DNA of 33,150 nucleotides from Octopus bimaculoides (GCF_001194135.2 NC_068996.1:37576088-37609237), one strand, 5' to 3'. Numbered from the stretch's first letter, positions 11,470 to 23,713 are shown. The notes: generated by a model not told the origin, from the sequence alone. Made by a program: numbers and translations.

Positions 11470-12200
11470 TTAAGTAAGAGTGGAATCAATATAAGTGACA
11501 TTCAGTTTGAATATCTTTAGGTTGATGACCTTTGGTAAAGCATTGATCAGGAAGGAATTACTTTAGAAAATAGTTGTAGTTAAAAAAACAATTGAATTAA
11601 GTGCTTAATAGAGAACCTGGGAGTGATGATGACACAAGTGATGATAAAAGGAGCAAAAGCAGCGTGTGAGTTCAGTGAAGCAGAAATCATTGTAGTAAGA
11701 ATAGAAAGGGCAAGAGAAGAAATAGTGTGTTTATAGATCAATGGTTGTAGAATCTTGATAAGCCTTTGCAGATCAGCTGAATGATATTTTTGGACGCTTG
11801 AATGAATATTGTCAATTTAATTCTCATATATGTGATCAAAAATAGAATGTGGGTGTTTTACTTGTTTTGTAGAGGTCAGTAGATAATTATAGCTGACATA
11901 TTTTCTGAAGAGAAAGCATAGTCTTTTGGTTGCAATACACCTACGTATGGTCACAAGAGAGCTCATCAGAGGTTATGATGTAGAACTTGATAGAATTTGA
12001 ATGATTTAATTGTATATTTCTTCAATACATGAAGCACCTTTGTCCAAATGGTGTTGATACTGATTATGTTCTCTTTCACTGATCCAAGCAAGAAGTTTTA
12101 ATATTGACATGATATTGGTTGCATATTAAACAATAGTACAGATAGGCTGTCTCTCAGAATATCCTCGTTGATAACCTGATTCCGTTTGTGAGAACTTTAG
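11470..12200 (-). mobile_element. Degraded LINE RT C-terminal relic (CR1/Jockey-like)
   Basis: Only diffuse similarity to the SL.HRR.VASL.LFY and NLxxFKxNV C-terminal motifs; many stops. Confidence 0.35.
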
Positions 12201-12614
12201 CTGATTCAGTTCTTAATTTTAGTTGTGGGTGCCATATTTTAGTCAATCTTTCAACGGCAAAGGAAACAGCAGCTGCGGTATTAACTACTAATCATGAATG
12301 AAAGACAGTTCAACTCTTTCTTATATTATAGTTAAGAGTTTTGTTTATGAGCCACTACCCCAGACTTCTTTCTTCCTACTCATTTGTTCATCAGTCACCC
12401 ACTTTTTTTTACTATGTTCCTGCCGGAACCAACTCAAGTAATTTTTTTACTATTTAAGAATCTACAAGATGCTTTTAGGTATGTTGTAAGTTTGTAAACT
12501 TCTCCTCATAGATAATTCTAAGTATTAAAACCACTAGCATTGTCAGTATAACTACTATTCGATTTGGTATATAAAGCTAGCTTTCTATTGTTCTTTGGAA
12601 GAAATTTATGAGGG

Positions 12615-13002
12615 TGTAGTGACGCCTTAAATAGCAGATGACATTTCCGGAAAGCCACGCATGCACAGGGACTAGTTCCGGAAGGAACACAGGAAGAGTC
12701 TCATGCGCATGCGTAGTCATCGATATCCAAGCTTCGCGCCCTTATTCACTCTCTTTCTCGCCAGCGGGCGAAGAGCCAAGACGTTGTAGCAGTCTCTCTC
12801 CAACATTCCAACTCTGGAGCTAGACAAATAACCACTCAACATCATTGACGGCATCTCAGCAACCAAAGGGCGAAGTGCTGCCTATTTCCTCTGTAAATAA
12901 ATATTGTTGTGTTGATAGTTCAGAATCTGCGTTCCATTGTTTCTTCAAGAAATTTAATGTACGGAAGCGGTACACCTAATGGTGTATAACCACTTTCCTA
13001 CA
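12615..13002 (+). repeat. 5' LTR
   Basis: TG...CA ends, AATAAA at 12896-12901; 12 substitutions against the 3' LTR over 382 comparable bases (manual count). Confidence 0.95.
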
Positions 13003-13004
13003 AT

Positions 13005-13063
13005 TGGTGACCCCAAATCAAGAACAAACGCAGCCCGGAGAATTCCTACAATTGGTGACCCCG
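13005..13063 (+). promoter_or_regulatory. Primer-binding sites complementary to the tRNA-Trp 3' end, two copies 48 bp apart
   Basis: TGGTGACCCC(A/G) at 13005 and 13053; complementary to the ...CGGGGUCACCA end of eukaryotic tRNA-Trp (established sequence, from memory). Confidence 0.75.
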
Positions 13064-13593
13064 AATAAAGAACAACTGCAGCCGGGGATTCTGNNNNNNN
13101 NNNNNNNNNNNNNNNNNNNNNNNNNNNNNNNNNNNNNNNNNNNNNNNNNNNNNNNNNNNNNNNNNNNNNNNNNNNNNNNNNNNNNNNNNNNNNNNNNNNN
13201 NNNNNNNNNNNNNNNNNNNNNNNNNNNNNNNNNNNNNNNNNNNNNNNNNNNNNNNNNNNNNNNNNNNNNNNNNNNNNNNNNNNNNNNNNNNNNNNNNNNN
13301 NNNNNNNNNNNNNNNNNNNNNNNNNNNNNNNNNNNNNNNNNNNNNNNNNNNNNNNNNNNNNNNNNNNNNNNNNNNNNNNNNNNNNNNNNNNNNNNNNNNN
13401 NNNNNNNNNNNNNNNNNNNNNNNNNNNNNNNNNNNNNNNNNNNNNNNNNNNNNNNNNNNNNNNNNNNNNNNNNNNNNNNNNNNNNNNNNNNNNNNNNNNN
13501 NNNNNNNNNNNNNNNNNNNNNNNNNNNNNNNNNNNNNNNNNNNNNNNNNNNNNNNNNNNNNNNNNNNNNNNNNNNNNNNNNNNNNNNNNNNNN

Positions 13594-13870
13594 TTTCGCT
13601 CGCAGCTCCGAATTCATGACAGCATTTTCCAGCAATGCCACTCAACGGTACCTCTCAAATAGATGCCCTGTCAAATTTCTCTCTCCTGATACGCACCACC
13701 AGCTACCATCCCGCTTCTAATGGGATGGTTGAGCGTTTTCGTAGGCAATTTAAGGCTGCCTTACACGCCTCACCCAACCCGCAGTCTTGGGTTGAATTTC
13801 TTCAAGGTCGACGCTAATGGTTGTACAGAGATTGTGTCTGTCGACCGTCTGAAAATGTGTGTACCTTGAC
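13594..13870 (+). pseudogene. Gypsy integrase remnant
   Basis: IRTTSYHPASNGMVERFRRQFKAAL (rve core, catalytic E) is fused almost directly to the C-terminal KVDANG..IVSVDRLK, implying an internal deletion. Confidence 0.85.
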
Positions 13871-14906
13871 AAACCCTCAACTTTCGTGTACGGCGTGCCC
13901 GTTTTTCAAACACCACACACACCACTGTCAACATCATCACCACCACACACATACAGAACACAGCTACAGCTACAGCCAGTTTCCAGCGACAACATCAACA
14001 ACCACTACGAACTACAAGCATCGCCCCCGACGTCGCCAGCAGCAATACGACTCTACGTACTACCAGCATCGCCAACATCGTCAACATGACTTCTACACGT
14101 ACACAAGCAACCAACATCAACAAGCGTGGTATTATCTCGACCCTGTTAGAGTGGATGTTTCCACTCACGATCAACAGACCAGAACTAACCAGCCAGAATA
14201 TTCCGTACCAGGTAACACAGGTCCCAGCATCGACGCTCAACTACAGCTCTGCTCCTTGACCGCAACTTCCTGCGTANNNNNNNNNNNNNNNNNNNNNNNN
14301 NNNNNNNNNNNNNNNNNNNNNNNNNNNNNNNNNNNNNNNNNNNNNNNNNNNNNNNNNNNNNNNNNNNNNNNNNNNNNNNNNNNNNNNNNNNNNNNNNNNN
14401 NNNNNNNNNNNNNNNNNNNNNNNNNNNNNNNNNNNNNNNNNNNNNNNNNNNNNNNNNNNNNNNNNNNNNNNNNNNNNNNNNNNNNNNNNNNNNNNNNNNN
14501 NNNNNNNNNNNNNNNNNNNNNNNNNNNNNNNNNNNNNNNNNNNNNNNNNNNNNNNNNNNNNNNNNNNNNNNNNNNNNNNNNNNNNNNNNNNNNNNNNNNN
14601 NNNNNNNNNNNNNNNNNNNNNNNNNNNNNNNNNNNNNNNNNNNNNNNNNNNNNNNNNNNNNNNNNNNNNNNNNNNNNNNNNNNNNNNNNNNNNNNNNNNN
14701 NNNNNNNNNNNNNNNNNNNNNNNNNNNNNNNNNNNNNNNNNNNNNNNNNNNNNNNNNNNNNNNNNNNNNNNNNNNNNNNNNNNNNNNNNNNNNNNNNNNN
14801 NNNNNNNNNNNNNNNNNNNNNNNNNNNNNNNNNNNNNNNNNNNNNNNNNNNNNNNNNNNNNNNNNNNNNNNNNNNNNNNNNNNNNNNNNNNNNNNNNNNN
14901 NNNNNN

Positions 14907-15288
14907 GATGCCTTAAATAGCAGACGACATTTCCGGAAAGCCACGCATGCACAGGGACTAGTTCCGGAAGGAACACAGGAAGAGTCTCATGCGCATGCGT
15001 AGTCATCGATATCCAAGCTTCGCGGCCTTATTCATTCTCTTTCTCGCCGGCCGGCGAAGAGCCAAGACGTTGTAGCAGTCTCTCTCCAACATTCCAACTC
15101 TGGAGCTAGACAAATAACCACTCAGCATCATTGACGGCGTCTCAGCAACCAAAGGGCGAAGTGCTGCCTATTTCCTCTGTAAATAAATATTGTTGTGTTG
15201 ATAGTTCAGAATCTGCGTTCCGTTGTTTCTTCAAGAAATTTAATCTACGGAAGCGGTACACCTAATAGTGTATAACCGCTTTCCTACA
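14907..15288 (+). repeat. 3' LTR (first 6 bp lie in the gap)
   Basis: Colinear with the 5' LTR at a constant offset of 2286 bp. Confidence 0.95.
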
Positions 15289-16054
15289 AGGGTTTTCAGC
15301 AGAATAAGACTTTCTAACTGCTATCTCTCTACTAGGTCTTTCCTAGTTCATTTTTCCTTTTCATTGTTTGTCTATTATTTGCAGGAAAAAGACCAATTGC
15401 TGATGTTTAAGTTTCAAGGGGCGATGTTTACACAGTACTTAATCTATGTAATTCATTCAACCATACTGTATTATAAATTATACGTACATTTACATTTAAT
15501 ATTATTACAGTCTAAAATTACTTCAGATCTTCTTGGTAAAGAATATTTACAATTTCAATGGCATGGCCTTTAATGCTGTGGTATTTAAGTTTGTAGGTCA
15601 AATGTGAACTTATAGTTAACATTCTTATGTTTCCAGAGATTTTCAGCAGTTTTCCACCCCCACTACCAAATGAATTTCCTGCTTTAGGGTTATTAGATTC
15701 TCCTTGAATTTCTCTAGCAAGCATTTCCCACAGCTTTTGGGAATGCTATCGTTGAAGGCATTGTTGAGTTTAGAGTTCATGTTGCATTTAACATTAAAAT
15801 TTCACTAGTGTTAGCAATTAATATTGGTAAGCATTTCTCTAATTAAAATCGTTCCACAGTCTGCTGTTATTGTTTCATTGAAGAATGGTGTGTATGTGTT
15901 TGTATATTTGTGCTTTTGTGTATGTATACTTAAGTGTGGATTAGATGTAATTTATTGAGGCAGACATATACATGCAGGCATTTGTAGCTATCCCAGACAA
16001 TTATATTCAATCCAATATTTTTATATTTCACCTATGCTGTAATGGCTTTGAACC

Positions 16055-16290
16055 ATCATCATTGTTGTCATTGTCATTGTCATCATCATCATCATCACCA
16101 ATATTTAATGCTTGTTTTCCATGCTGGTATGGGCTGGATGGTTTGACAGGAACTGGCAAGTCAGAAGATTGTGCCAATCTCTGCTGTCTGTTTTGGCATG
16201 GTTTCAGTGGTTGGACACCCTTCCTAGAACTAATCACTTTACAGAGTGTACTGGGTTTTATACATAGCACCAGAAGAAGTGTGGTCACTA
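16055..16290 (-). mobile_element. Diverged RTE-tail-like repeat with a (GAT/GAC)n tail
   Basis: tttaatgcttgttttccatgctggtatgggctggatggtttgacagg is homologous to 131-180. Confidence 0.75.
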
Positions 16291-16813
16291 AATAATTTGC
16301 TGGATAAGACCCCTCAACTGTGATGGGGGAAAAGTATCGAGGGACAGAAATAGATGTCTTGCATTTGAAGAAAAACATCCACCTCAGATGGGGAGAGGGA
16401 GGAGAGGAGATATGACTGGGAGGGGGCAGACGCCATGCACCCAACTACAAGGAGATGTATATCATGAAGTGAATTGGAGATTGAAGACTGAGTTCTCAAG
16501 ATTACGAAAGATGAGAAGGAGCTGAAAGGGAGGGCAGAATTTAATGGTTGAGCACAGGTAGAGGGTAGAGATAGTGGGTATCAGGAGGATACATTGCAGT
16601 TTCCTGGTTTTCATGAGTATAAACAGATATCTTATTAATGGTAATCTCATTAGCATATGCTAATTCTGTATTTCAATACAAATCGTTTTCATTTGCTAAA
16701 ACTTATTATTTCAATTCGTTGATTTAATTACCCAGCATTTCAGGTTTTAAGTACATTTTATTTCTCAAGCATTTTCTATTCAGTATTTCATGCATAACCA
16801 TAGATATACTCTC

Positions 16814-17020
16814 CTTTACTCTTTTACTTGTTTCAGTCATTTGACTGTGGCCATGCTGGAGCATCACCTTTTAGTTGAGCAAATCGACCCCAGGACTTGT
16901 TCTTTGTAAGCCTAGTACTTATTCTATCGGTCTCTTTTGCCGAACCGCTAAGTTACGGGGACGTAAACACACCAGCATCGGTTGTCAAGCGATGTTGGGG
17001 GAACAAACACAGACACACAA

Positions 17021-17065
<45 letters not shown>

Positions 17066-17214
17066 CATATATATGACAAGCTTCTTTCAGTTTCCATCTA
17101 CCAAATCCACTCACAAGGCTTTGGTCAGCCCGAGGCTATAGTAGAAGACACTTGCCCAAGGTGCCATGCAGTGGGACTGAACCCAAAACCATGTGGTTGG
17201 TAAGCAAGCTACTT
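16814..17214 (-). mobile_element. tRNA-derived SINE (family A) with an internal (CA)n(TA)n microsatellite, 5'-truncated
   Basis: B-box-like gggttcagtccc, then ccttgggcaagtgtctt core; homologous pieces at 21515-21680, 22380-22465 and 26589-26885. Confidence 0.85.
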
Positions 17215-17239
17215 GACAATCAAACAACATTTATATAAA

Positions 17240-18343
17240 CTACTACTTATATACAAGGTTTAACTTATCAGTACACCCCCTCTTAACTTGCGAATATTTT
17301 TGGAGTTCAGATTTGCGTTAAGTGACATGAACCTTAACTCTTATAGAAGGTTCAGGATCTTATATCAGTCTTTTAAGAAAAGTGGGCCTCAACTTGCTTA
17401 AGATAGTCAGGACTTTTTATCCACCATTGGGTGTGTGTATTTGTGAATTTATTACTTTAACTCCTCCAAGACTATCCAACTGATCTTGATGAAACTTGAT
17501 ATGTGTGTGTGTGTGTGTGGGGGGGGCTTATGCACTTGGAATTTCAAACAAATTGATAATTTTTAATCAGCATCGATTTTTCAAAAATCAATAGGACATT
17601 TCAATGCAAATTCTCATATGAATGTTATTTTCTGCCATAACTTTTAAAGTTTTCAACCGATTTTCTTGAAATTTTATACACAGATGGAATATGCACTAAG
17701 GATGCGTTGAGACAAATTTTTACCTAGGCCACTCAAGCAAAGAGTAAGATGAATTTTGATTAAATGATTAACGAAATTTGGCCTAAACTGTAGTAGGGTT
17801 AAAATGTTCATCAATTATTTCTGCATTCTCAGATTGCTGTAACATGTATTTTCTTAACACCTGCACTTAAAATTATTGATTCTAAACATTCCAACATTGC
17901 GTGCTAAAACATGCAACATGTATTTTTTTAACACCTGCACTTAAAATTGTCAGTTCTAACCATTACAATTGATATTTGCTTCTCACTATCAGTGGAACTA
18001 TATCCATGAAACACAGTCGTCAAATTAAGTGCCTTTTCTCTAAATAATTTTTTGTTTACTTTTCAAACTTTTACGTACTTTTTTTCTTAACACTCCTTTA
18101 CAGTTCCCTTCTTGATGTTTCAATTGATTATATATTTGCAGCTTTCCACTCATCTGACCAAACGATTGTCATTTTCTGATTCCACACATATTTATTTGCA
18201 TTCTCGTTTTGTGAATGAATTTGCTTACACCTTCTATTATCTGTCCTACGTCTTGATTTCATTTTTCTTCTGAGAGAAACTAGGCATTATAATGGATACT
18301 GGGAATATCCCCACTCCCGGGTATTACCGGGTACCTCAGCTAG
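17240..18343 (+). mobile_element. Probable non-autonomous Helitron-like element
   Basis: 3' signature: GC hairpin CCCGG-gtatta-CCGGG (18316-18331), 8 nt, then CTAG|T (18340-18343). Internal ccgattttcttgaaattt-type motifs and a roughly 75-bp internal duplication. The 5' end is not defined. Confidence 0.55.
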
Positions 18344-18839
18344 TTGTACTAATATAGACAAATCATCCATAATTCTGAATAGAGGGGAAAAAAAGATGTA
18401 TTAAAGAAGAAGTGGGTGTATCACTGAAGGTCACTGAAGATAACTAAGACCATTAAAATCATTCCCTACATAAAGAATTCATAATGGCAGTTTAGTTATT
18501 TTAATTATTCTATTTTAATATTCCCTGGTAATGCATTCTTTATTACAAACATGATAAACAGTCCTCCATCCTGATCGCAACCATAGTTGGCTCATGATAT
18601 TTAGCCAGTGTTTATCTTGTCTAAGACTTCATCTCAGCTTTCTAACATGAAATTTCAGTTCATTATTGAAGAAAGTGTATGGGATTAGAATTTCTTTTTT
18701 ATCAGATCTGATCATAAACAATATGCATGCATATTTTAGATTGGTTTTCTGGTCATCATCAAGTTGTTTTTTTCCTTTCTTTGGATGATGTGTGCAGAGT
18801 ATGAAAACAGATTCAAATGCAAGTCCTTTATGCCTACAC

Positions 18840-19015
18840 TAAAGTCAATAATTGCTTCTAACAGAGCTGATACTGGAATATGATACAGCTTTGCAGCTTG
18901 CCAGATCTTGTCAAACCACCCCGCCCATGCCATCATGGAAAAAATAGGCATTAGATGATGATGGTGATGATGATGATGATGACAACGACAACGATTATGA
19001 TGATGATGACGATAC
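18840..19015 (+). mobile_element. Diverged RTE-tail-like repeat ending in (GAT)n
   Basis: tcaaaccacccgcccatgccatcatggaaaa..ttagatgatgatg resembles the family tail. Confidence 0.65.
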
Positions 19016-19679
19016 AAAGCCAGCCATGTTAGTGGGAGGAAGTCACTTGATTATGTCAGCTTCATTGCTTGAATGAGACTTTGTAAAAGACTCAGAATAG
19101 ATACCTCAAGACATTTTATCCTGCATTTTAATGTTTCTGCCAAACCACCACGCCAACTAAAATTAATGACACTCTTAACCACAAGACCTTTTGTGCATGT
19201 ATAATAAATGTCCATTTTGCATTTTGGCAATGGCCCAATATCAGTGCTGGGCTTCAAGTTTCTTCTGTGCTCTCTATCAATTATAAACTGTTTTATTCAA
19301 CAGCTGTGTATAGTTTTCTTTCTCATACCATGCATCTGTCATTACTGACTTAAATGTCTCATCTCTCTAAGTTAGTTCATCTGCTTTGGAATCTTCATTC
19401 TTCATTTGTTTGACCATTTTATTGAGATTATAATGTCTAGGCAGGGAATCCACTTGATGGCCTCAATAGACTGTCACCCTTTGTTCAGCACAAGTTCTTC
19501 AGGTCTGAGCAGCTGTGTTTTATGGTAAGAGTTTTGTTTCCTGGGAGTCTTTTCCTTTCAAAAGAACATGCAGCTCTTTGGTGTCAGTTGCCTTATTATT
19601 TGATGTTACAGTGTGAGACTTCTTGAGAGCTTGGGAGATGAGATCAAAAGGTTACAGGAATATATGGATGAGTGTGTGT

Positions 19680-19738
19680 ATAGTGTATGCATTGTGTGTG
19701 TGCATGTGTGTATGTGTGTGTATGTATACACAGACATG

Positions 19739-19775
<37 letters not shown>

Positions 19776-20138
19776 AACACACACACATATATACATATAT
19801 ATATATACATGTAAATACCCAATGACAAGGATGAATGCTCAACATTGCATTGGTGGATAAAATTTCTTTATTTGTGTATTAAGGCTACCTTTGATTTCAT
19901 GTTAAGAAAGATATCTTAATATACTAACAATTTTTTTAGCCAATCACATGGAGGAATGGTGTTCATCTCCATATATNNNNNNNNNNNNNNNNNNNNNNNN
20001 NNNNNNNNNNNNNNNNNNNNNNNNNNNNNNNNNNNNNNNNNNNNNNNNNNNNNNNNNNNNNNNNNNNNNNNNNNNNNNNNNNNNNNNNNNNNNNNNNNNN
20101 NNNNNNNNNNNNNNNNNNNNNNNNNNNNNNNNNNNNNN

Positions 20139-20186
<48 letters not shown>

Positions 20187-20225
20187 GTGGTGTGTGTGTG
20201 TGTGCATGTGTGTGTATGTATGTAT
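19680..20225. repeat. (TG)n/(TA)n/(CA)n microsatellite cluster with an assembly gap
   Basis: Directly visible. Confidence 0.95.
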
Positions 20226-20479
20226 AGCAAATATTATAAAAAGGAAAAGGCACAGAAATTTTGGGGAAAAATAAATAGATTTTTGAAATAAAATATTTAC
20301 ATAATTGACCAGTTACACTTATGCTGATCATAACTAAGTAGTTAATGATAATGTTACAATTTCATGCCACCATAATAAGTTTCCATTCCATCCTAGTAGG
20401 AGAACAGATATTTTGTAAAAGTATCTATACTATTGGGAAGTATTTTAAATTCAAATAGTTTATTGATACTTTCACTCCA

Positions 20480-21000
20480 AAGGGTAAAGCAGTCATCCAG
20501 ATATTATTTCTAGTTCTCTCTTATATATTGGTAAAAAGGGTATCCACATTTTTGCAGTGGTTTTTATACACAGTCAATTCTAAATATCTCATTACTAGGT
20601 TTGTAAGAAATGGGGCAGCCCAACAACAAGGTAACCATGAGTTAAAATATGGATGGCCTAACAGTGCACTATGTCTCAAACAACTGAAACATTCAGAATT
20701 CCATTTTAAACATGGACAAGGATTCAAAATTAAGACTGAGTTTCCCCATGCATCCAAAAACTTAATCTATGTTAGGATGTGGAGCCAACTATATAGGAAA
20801 AACAAGAATATCCTTCAGAAGAACAACACTGCATAGAGAACAAATCCATTTCCCAAGATATAGGCAAATACCACTTAGTGAATACACAAACAGATGTGCA
20901 GGAAATGTTCCTTATATATCAATGAAATGGAACAACTTCTGTACAACAATGGTTACATTCATTGAAAAATATCAACTGTGCTGTAATATGTATATATAAC
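20480..21000 (+). mobile_element. Penelope-like element relic (GIY-YIG endonuclease C-terminus)
   Basis: FKIKTEF..SKNLIY, frameshift, GCGANYIGKT..RRTTLHREQI..YRQIPLSE..C..FIEKYQ..N is the GIY-YIG/CCHH layout of Penelope-like elements. Confidence 0.72.
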
Positions 21001-21257
21001 CAATTTTGGAATATGTAAACATACAATAAATTTACTTCCCAAACAAAAGGATAATTACCTTCCCTGCTTCTAATAATAATGATCACTGATTACCTCCTCT
21101 AAAATTCATTTCATCTTCTGGTTCATTTACAAAATATCTGTTCTCCTACTAAGATGGAATGAAAGCTTATTATGACAGCATGGAATTTTAACATCATTAC
21201 TGTCTACTTAGTCATGATTATTAGTCTAAGTGAAAATAGTCCACTACATGAATATTT

Positions 21258-21312
<55 letters not shown>

Positions 21313-21514
21313 TTCCAACCAAAAATTGTATGTTTTACTACAATTCACTGCATAGAATTTTTTCTCAAACCTTTTCACTATACATATGTGTGTGTGAGAG
21401 AGAGAGAGNNNNNNNNNNNNNNNNNNNNNNNNNNNNNNNNNNNNNNNNNNNNNNNNNNNNNNNNNNNNNNNNNNNNNNNNNNNNNNNNNNNNNNNNNNNN
21501 NNNNNNNNNNNNNN

Positions 21515-21582
<68 letters not shown>

Positions 21583-21680
21583 TGTGTTTGTTCCCCCACC
21601 ACCACTTGACAACCGGTGTTGATGTGTTTATAACCTTAAAAGAGATCAATAGAATAAGTACTAGGCTAAAAAAAAATTTA
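21515..21680 (+). mobile_element. 3' part of SINE family A after the (TG)n run
   Basis: tctgtgtttgttccccc..ttgacaacc..atagaataagtactaggct matches the reverse complement of 16900-17010. Confidence 0.8.
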
Positions 21681-21779
21681 AATTGGCTCTGAGGTTGATA
21701 AAATGAACAAATATTCTTCAAGACAGTGCCCCAATCTAATGATTGAATTAAATAAAAGATAAAAGATAAAGGTTATATA

Positions 21780-21780
21780 C

Positions 21781-21811
<31 letters not shown>

Positions 21812-21815
21812 TGTA

Positions 21816-21891
<76 letters not shown>

Positions 21892-21942
21892 AGGTAAGAG
21901 GAAACCACTTAGTGACTTTCCTCTTGTGTATATGTATGCATG

Positions 21943-21976
<34 letters not shown>

Positions 21977-22010
21977 TGTATGTATGTACGTACGTACGTA
22001 TGTATGTATA
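21780..22010. repeat. (ATGT)n/(GT)n/(AT)n compound microsatellite
   Basis: Directly visible. Confidence 0.95.
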
Positions 22011-22013
22011 TGA

Positions 22014-22375
22014 GCACAAGGACAATCTCATCTTCATTTGAAGGACATCTGCAAGAGAGATATGAAGTTACTTGATCTGGACGTCCTGATATGGGAGGAG
22101 GTTGCAAATGATTGCCCACACTGGAGACAAACACTGTGAAAGAGGATGAAGTGAGTGGAGGGGAAAACAGGATCTGACCACCAACAAGAAACATACTCAA
22201 AGGAAGGAAAAGTCAGTAGCACTGGCAGAAAGCTCCTTCCAATACAATCAATGTATGCATGACTGCAACTCCCGTGTGGGCCTATACAGTCACAACAGAC
22301 CCTGAACTGCCATCAGCAGCTGATAGAATTTCTTCGGGTGAAGATCCATGGTCTTTGGAGACCAACAGATGCCTA
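22014..22375 (+). mobile_element. 3' fragment of a second RTE-type LINE
   Basis: KDICKRDMKLLDLDVLIWEEVANDCPHWRQTL matches the RTE C-terminal FKD..KRDL....W...A.DR..WR motif; ends in a short ctactact tail. Confidence 0.7.
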
Positions 22376-23139
22376 CTACTGCATGTGTGTGTGTGTGTGT
22401 GTGTATGTGTGTGTGCATTTTTATACACCAAATCCACTTACAAGGTTTTGGTTGGCCTGGGGCAATAATAGAGTCAGAGACAGAGAGAGAGAGAGGTGGT
22501 GGGGGACATGTAATAAGGATTTTGATCTTTCTAAATGGATTTAGACAATTTATCCTTTGACCAACAATGTTGGTTTATGTGTTCTCTTTGAATTCATTCA
22601 TTTTGACTTTTCAGCCTTTTCAAGTTACATGTCTATAACACGGCTACCTAATGTGTTTTGATGTTTTCACTAACTTTCCATATGTCTTCTCACAAAATCG
22701 GATATCTAAGATAGGTTTTTTCATCAAATCAAAGTCTTCAAACTGTTAACTTTATCCTTGAGGATGAATGTTTTTTTTTTCAATATTTCAAAGTTTGTTA
22801 ATGATTTTGAGGTATATAGTTTCAATTTTATAATGTTAAATAATTCCATAATGTCATTCTGATCATCTTAATTTTAAGATCATTGAAAATGATATTTTTA
22901 ATGAGCTTAGGATGAAAAAGTTGTATAGTTCATAGAAATGTTTCAATGTTCTATTTATGCACAGGCATAAATTTCTATTTATACCAAATCAATTTCTATT
23001 GATTCACAGATCAATTTCTATTTGGTGAACATTAACACTATAATGAAACAATTCAGGTTAAAATTGTCAGCAAATCACTTTTCAGAATAGCTGTAATGCT
23101 ACCAAGTTAACCACTTTTTGATAACGTTTTTTAGAAAAC

Positions 23140-23345
23140 TGTGATGTTGTTTATCTCCAAGTGGGCTTTGAATGGGTGAACTTATGATCAAAAGCTTTCC
23201 AGCCATGACTATCCAATTTGTTTGTATGCAAAGTTCTATATTACCCAATGTGTGTGACTTTTCATTTTTAAGGTAAGTGTGATTTGAGGGAGATTTGGTA
23301 ACTATTTCTAGCAGGTCATGTGACCATGTAGTGGCTTCCTCATTG
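23140..23345. repeat. Dispersed repeat, with an inverted partial copy near 32600-32700
   Basis: tttgagggagatttggtaactatttctagc (about 23283) matches the reverse complement of gctagaaatagtaaccaaatcccactcaaa (about 32662). Confidence 0.6.
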
Positions 23346-23713
23346 GATCATACTTCCTCTACAGAAACAAGTTTCCAAAAGTTAAAAAATGGTAAAAGAT
23401 ATAAATGACATCCACATTATTATTATTTCTTAAATTGATCATTTTTGTTAAAAGAAAAAAAATTCCTAAACAATAGTCAAAAATTATATTTAAAACTTTT
23501 AAGTTCATTAGAAACAACAAAACAATAAAAGCTTATAAGCTACACTGCAAATTGTTACATCACAGAAGCAGTTAAAATTAAAATGGACAAAAATTTACAA
23601 ATTAAACAAGAATATTTTCACACTGCCCAAGAAAGCAATTAAAATCAAGAATATCAAGAAAACATTTTCGGAATTTCTAATAAAAAAAAAAAATATCCAT
23701 TTTTAATATTTAC

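Larger units (their letters stand above)
12615..15288 (+). mobile_element. Ty3/Gypsy LTR retrotransposon, small and internally deleted (probably non-autonomous)
   Basis: Two 388-bp LTRs with TGTAG...CTACA termini, AGGG 4-bp TSD (12611-12614 and 15289-15292), a PBS and integrase remnants. The interior is partly in gaps. Confidence 0.95.
12380..15800 (-). mobile_element. Old RTE-X-like LINE relic (12380-12614 and 15293-15800), apparently interrupted by the LTR element
   Basis: Fragments such as ILRIIYEEKFTNL resemble the ILxLRRIIEE..NL RT motif; weak elsewhere. Confidence 0.3.

Noticed and set aside
11955-11985. CTGATGAG on the minus strand as a hammerhead ribozyme core
   Set aside because: No correctly placed stem II/GAAA; it lies in a LINE relic.
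13004-15006. Long ORFs of 199-393 aa
   Set aside because: They are open only because they run through N gaps; only the integrase fragments are real signal.
19050-19600. Possible exon or RTE-like LINE relic
   Set aside because: Stops in all useful frames and only faint RT C-terminal resemblance; not enough to call.
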